Program-made: the position numbers and the translations under genes
Shown: one piece after another, positions 60,295-64,000 of the stretch
How positions within the stretch are numbered: the stretch's first letter is position 1
Layout of the letters: each line of letters opens with the position of its first letter
Notes under the pieces: model-generated
What the model saw: the letters and a program-made list of their open reading frames with translations, nothing else
Databases searched by the model: none
What the model was told of the DNA's origin: nothing
From: Candidatus Kapaibacterium sp.
Lineage (GTDB): Bacteria > Bacteroidota > Ignavibacteria > Kapaibacteriales > UBA2268
DNA: 64,000 nt
Direction of reading: 5' to 3'
NCBI GenBank assembly: GCA_963664875.1
Contig: OY761611.1
Coordinates: 320,001 to 384,000, forward strand

Positions 60295-60732
60295 ATGAAT
60301 AACGCAAAACCAAAATTTATAGTCGGGAAACACATTTTTCGCATGAGAGATATTGTCGTTCTCGAAAAACTAGCTGATGGTTCTATAAAGCTTTTTATTA
60401 AACATGTAGGCAATGAAAAAATCACTGTAGAGCAGGGTGCTGACAAAATATGGCACTATTACAAGGAACAATGCAAAAGTATAAAGTCAGACACTGATTT
60501 TTCTGATGTAGAATTTATAAAAGTTGGTAATAAAATTATTCAACTAAGGAATGTGGCAGCATTTTGTTTCAGAGATCCGAGCGTTTTCGAAATTATAACA
60601 AAATTGGGAGCAGGTTTATCTGAATCATTACCTATTGAAATCAATTTGATTGAACCGGAATACAGAGAGAAATTTAAAGAGTTTGTGAGAGATAATACTC
60701 TTAATTCCGAATTCGGAGCATGTGAAGAATAA
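60295..60732 (+). CDS. hypothetical protein with an internal duplication
   Basis: AGGGAG RBS, downstream terminator, two similar halves. Confidence 0.7.
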   Translation: MNNAKPKFIVGKHIFRMRDIVVLEKLADGSIKLFIKHVGNEKITVEQGADKIWHYYKEQCKSIKSDTDFSDVEFIKVGNKIIQLRNVAAFCFRDPSVFEIITKLGAGLSESLPIEINLIEPEYREKFKEFVRDNTLNSEFGACEE

Positions 60733-60736
60733 GAAA

Positions 60737-60757
60737 AGGGGCTTTTGATAAGCCCCT
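60737..60757. terminator. probable bidirectional terminator
   Basis: AGGGGCTT / AAGCCCCT inverted repeat between convergent genes. Confidence 0.68.
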
Positions 60758-60778
60758 CTTTGATTTTATATCTTATTT

Positions 60779-61279
60779 TTATTCTTCGTCAAATAAATCT
60801 TCTTCTGTATAAGGAGCACTTATACAAAGGTCAACTAAAGCATCTTCCGCAAACCAGAAAGTCAATCCAATATCATCAAATGAATACTGTTCTGTGTTAG
60901 CTATTTCGTCATCATCGCCATCAATTACTTCAGTCTCTAACAATGGTTCTAAAGCTTCTTCTTCTGAAATTTCGCTGTATTTAGATACTAATTCAAATAT
61001 CTCTTCTCTATTTAAATCGAAAAGATTTTTGCCATCTAAAATAGCTTTATCAGGATAGATACTCAAACCTAAAAAGTTGTTGTTGAAATGTTCGAAAATA
61101 AAAGAAACAGCCTCTTCTTCATAAGTATATTCAACTGTTGTCAAAAGGGCATTTTCTTCCATTTCAGTTTTGTCTTCCCAAACTTCAGAAGGTTTGCCAA
61201 ATTTTTCTTCGATTTGGTCTTTATCCCAATCAAAGCTAATTCCGGAAAAAGATTCTCCGATTTTCAAAATATAATCCAT
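60779..61279 (-). CDS. highly acidic hypothetical protein
   Basis: ORF from ATG 61279 (MDYILK) with AGGTG RBS and upstream TATCTTTG element (61328-61335). Confidence 0.7.
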   Translation of the reverse strand: MDYILKIGESFSGISFDWDKDQIEEKFGKPSEVWEDKTEMEENALLTTVEYTYEEEAVSFIFEHFNNNFLGLSIYPDKAILDGKNLFDLNREEIFELVSKYSEISEEEALEPLLETEVIDGDDDEIANTEQYSFDDIGLTFWFAEDALVDLCISAPYTEEDLFDEE

Positions 61280-61559
61280 AGTACACCTACAGTGATTGTT
61301 CGCAAAATGCTTACTTATTCTTATTAACAAAGATAATAATATTATTCAAATCAAAACAAAAAATATGTTTCTACAGTAAATAGTCCAAAATATCCAATAT
61401 GCTTAAAAATATGGAAGAGTGTGATAATAATAGGGGGTAAGAATATAAAATGGTATAAAAACTAATATATAAGTATTAAAGAAAAGGGGGTATGCAATAA
61501 AATAAAATATAAATACAATCTTTTCGTAAATTGTATTTTTTACAAGCAGAGAAAATAAA

Positions 61560-63752
61560 ATGGCAATTTTAAGATTTAAAGCCTTAGATATGGCTTGGAA
61601 TAGAACTGCAAAAGATATAGTAGCACCAAAAAATCTTACATCTGAGTATTTTGGTATCAATGTGTTTGATAAAAAAAAGATGGAAAAATATCTTTCGAGA
61701 GAAGCTTACAACCATGTTATTGATTCTATAGAAAACGGTACACCGATTGACAGAAAAATGGCTGATTTGATTGCGGTGGGTATGAAAGCGTGGGCTTTAG
61801 ACAGAGGAGTTACGCATTTTACTCACTGGTTCCAACCTTTGACAGGGGGTACTGCTGAAAAACACGATGCTTTTATAGATAGAGCTAACGATGGCTCTGT
61901 TGTTGAAATGTTTTCCGGAGAATCTTTAGCACAGCAAGAACCGGATGCATCTTCTTTTCCTCATGGTGGGATTAGAAATACTTTCGAAGCGAGGGGCTAT
62001 ACTGCATGGGATCCCTCATCTCCGGCATTTATAATAGGAAACACTCTAAGCATACCAACTATATTTATCTCCTACACAGGCGAATCATTAGATCATAAAA
62101 CACCACTGCTAAAATCTTTGCAGGCAATAGATAAAGCTGCTTCGGAGGTTGCAAGGTTTTTTGATAGAGATGTCAAAAAAGTTCAGGCTAATCTTGGGTG
62201 GGAGCAAGAGTATTTTCTGGTTGACGAAGCACTTTATCAAGCCAGACCGGATTTGGCACTTACAGGAAGAACTTTGATGGGGCATTCTTCTGCAAAAGAC
62301 CAACAGTTGGATGACCATTATTTTGGTTCTATTCCGGAAAGAGTAAAATCTTTTATGGTTGAACTCGAAATAGAGTCTTACAAATTAGGGATTCCTCTTA
62401 AAACTCGCCACAACGAGGTAGCACCTAACCAGTACGAGGCTGCTCCATACTATGAAGAATGTAATCTTGCAGTAGATCATAATGCATTATTTATGGATTT
62501 AATGCAAAAATTATCAAGAAGACACAATTTTAAAGTTCTATTTCACGAGAAGCCATTTAAAGGTATCAATGGTAGTGGCAAACACAATAACTGGTCACTT
62601 ACGACAGATACAGGCATCATTTTGCACAAACCCGGTAAAACTCCAAAAGGAAATATGCAATTTTTGACTTTTCTGGTGAATACAATTAAGGCAGTCCACG
62701 ATAATCAGGATTTATTGAGAGCAAGTATATCTTCTGTATCAAATGCTCATAGATTAGGAGCAAATGAAGCCCCACCGGCAATAATGTCATGCTTTTTAGG
62801 AGATGAAGTATGTAAAATGTTGGAGCAAATAGAATCTCAGGTTAGTGATAAAAAAATGACTCCCGATGAGAAAACTGCACTAAAATTAGATGTAGGTAAG
62901 ATTCCGGAGATACTTCTCGATAACACAGACAGAAACAGAACTTCTCCTTTCGCATTTACCGGAAACAGATTTGAATTTCGTGCTGTAGGTAGTTATGCTA
63001 ATTGTGCTTCTCCCATGGTTGTTCTAAATACTGCTGTTGCAGCACAACTAACTAAATTTAAAAATGAAGTAGATGCTCTTGTTGAAAAAGGTGTAAAAAA
63101 AGACGAAGCATTATTCCAGATGATAAGGAAAACATATCTTGAGTCTAAACGAATCGTCTTTGAAGGTGACGGATACAGTGAAAAATGGGTAGAAGAAGCT
63201 GAGAGAAGAGGATTGTCAAACATTACCAATGTACCTGAAGCTTTGAAGTATTATGCTTCGAGCGAAGCTAAAGAGCTGTTTACAAAAATGAATATTTTTA
63301 CTGAAAGAGAAGTCGAAAGTAGATTAGACGTAATGCTCGAAGATTACACTATGAAAGTACAAATCGAATCGAGAGTCTTGGGTGATTTGGCTCTAAATCA
63401 TATCGTACCGATTGCAGTGCTCTATCAAAACAGATTGTTGGAAAATATCCATTATTTAAAAAATATTACAGACTCTTACAATGACTTCCAGTCACTTGCA
63501 GGTAATCGTATGAATCTAATCAGAGAGATATCCGCACATATTATCGAAATCAAGAAGGGTGTAAACGAGATGATTGAGGCGAGGAAACTTGCAAATGTTA
63601 TCCAAGATGCTTATGAAAAAGCTTCTGCTTACTCAAAAGAAGTTTTCCCTTTCCTTGATGCAATAAGATACCATATAGACAAATTAGAACTGATTGTGGA
63701 CGATGAGATTTGGCCTTTGCCAAAATATAGAGAACTTCTATTTATAAGCTAA
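61560..63752 (+). CDS. glnA: glutamine synthetase type III
   Basis: 730 aa; HWFQPLTG..AEKHD, EPDASSFP, TFEARGYTAWD, HNEVAP, NGSGKHNNWS, DRNRTSPFAFTGNRFEFR. Confidence 0.96.
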   Translation: MAILRFKALDMAWNRTAKDIVAPKNLTSEYFGINVFDKKKMEKYLSREAYNHVIDSIENGTPIDRKMADLIAVGMKAWALDRGVTHFTHWFQPLTGGTAEKHDAFIDRANDGSVVEMFSGESLAQQEPDASSFPHGGIRNTFEARGYTAWDPSSPAFIIGNTLSIPTIFISYTGESLDHKTPLLKSLQAIDKAASEVARFFDRDVKKVQANLGWEQEYFLVDEALYQARPDLALTGRTLMGHSSAKDQQLDDHYFGSIPERVKSFMVELEIESYKLGIPLKTRHNEVAPNQYEAAPYYEECNLAVDHNALFMDLMQKLSRRHNFKVLFHEKPFKGINGSGKHNNWSLTTDTGIILHKPGKTPKGNMQFLTFLVNTIKAVHDNQDLLRASISSVSNAHRLGANEAPPAIMSCFLGDEVCKMLEQIESQVSDKKMTPDEKTALKLDVGKIPEILLDNTDRNRTSPFAFTGNRFEFRAVGSYANCASPMVVLNTAVAAQLTKFKNEVDALVEKGVKKDEALFQMIRKTYLESKRIVFEGDGYSEKWVEEAERRGLSNITNVPEALKYYASSEAKELFTKMNIFTEREVESRLDVMLEDYTMKVQIESRVLGDLALNHIVPIAVLYQNRLLENIHYLKNITDSYNDFQSLAGNRMNLIREISAHIIEIKKGVNEMIEARKLANVIQDAYEKASAYSKEVFPFLDAIRYHIDKLELIVDDEIWPLPKYRELLFIS

Positions 63753-63793
63753 AAATAAGATCAGCTTATGTAATGTGTAACCTATTTATATAT

Positions 63794-63835
63794 AAGCAGA
63801 ATGGTATATTATAAAAGCTACCATTCTGCTTTTTT
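63794..63835. terminator. rho-independent terminator after glnA
   Basis: AAGCAGAATGGTA / TACCATTCTGCTT followed by a T-run. Confidence 0.8.
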
Positions 63836-63838
63836 ATT

Positions 63839-64000
63839 CTAATCTTTTTTGAGTCTTATTCTTATCGAACGGTTCAAAAATCTCCCAACAGGTGATGAAT
63901 TTGAAAATCTTGAAGAATCAACTGTTTCTTCGAATTTTAAAATCTTTGGATATGATATACTTTCCATATATCTCTTAGCATTAGATGCTCGCATTTTGGT
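63839..64000 (-). CDS. 3' end of a gene entering from beyond the window, OmpA-like C-terminal domain
   Basis: Own translation TKMRASNAKRYM...FSNSSPVGRFLNRSIRIRLKKD* resembles the end of the OmpA protein at 38353 (ERANNVK...FNNNSPIGRQLSRTV); absent from the ORF track. Confidence 0.6.
   Translation of the reverse strand, partial: TKMRASNAKRYMESISYPKILKFEETVDSSRFSNSSPVGRFLNRSIRIRLKKD

Noticed and set aside
259-63229. Many short antisense or nested ORFs in the six-frame track (e.g. 56533-57093, 24129-24668, 51388-51765, 61403-61660)
   Set aside because: They lie opposite or inside well-supported genes, show no motifs and look like shadow ORFs

Overview
AT-rich (roughly one-third GC by eye), gene-dense bacterial chromosome segment. 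Gene content (GSIII, OmpA/beta-barrel proteins, TPR-PAS kinases) and repeated TAnnTTTG promoter motifs point to the FCB superphylum, possibly a Kapabacteria/Ignavibacteria-like lineage (inference). Most of the window is housekeeping or envelope genes: ltaE, a GH3, a long surface-glycan operon running into accA, glmS, panC, holA, a PPi-type PFK, a CbpA/DnaJ, dxs, three identical tRNA-Lys(TTT) genes, nadD, pspC, a RecD/Dda-like helicase and glutamine synthetase III. No transposase, integrase, prophage or CRISPR array is visible. The most unusual part is 44.6-54.9 kb. It holds a 1513-aa protein combining an AMP-forming acyl-CoA-synthetase domain (with a displaced A10 lysine), a helical region, an apparent catalytically dead kinase-like fold and a C-terminal GNAT. 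That gene has a hairpin-rich leader and is transcribed divergently from a divergent two-subunit ATP-citrate lyase with an enlarged (907-aa) alpha subunit, which is followed by a stand-alone HEPN (RxxxxH) protein. All calls are by eye from motifs; no searches were run.
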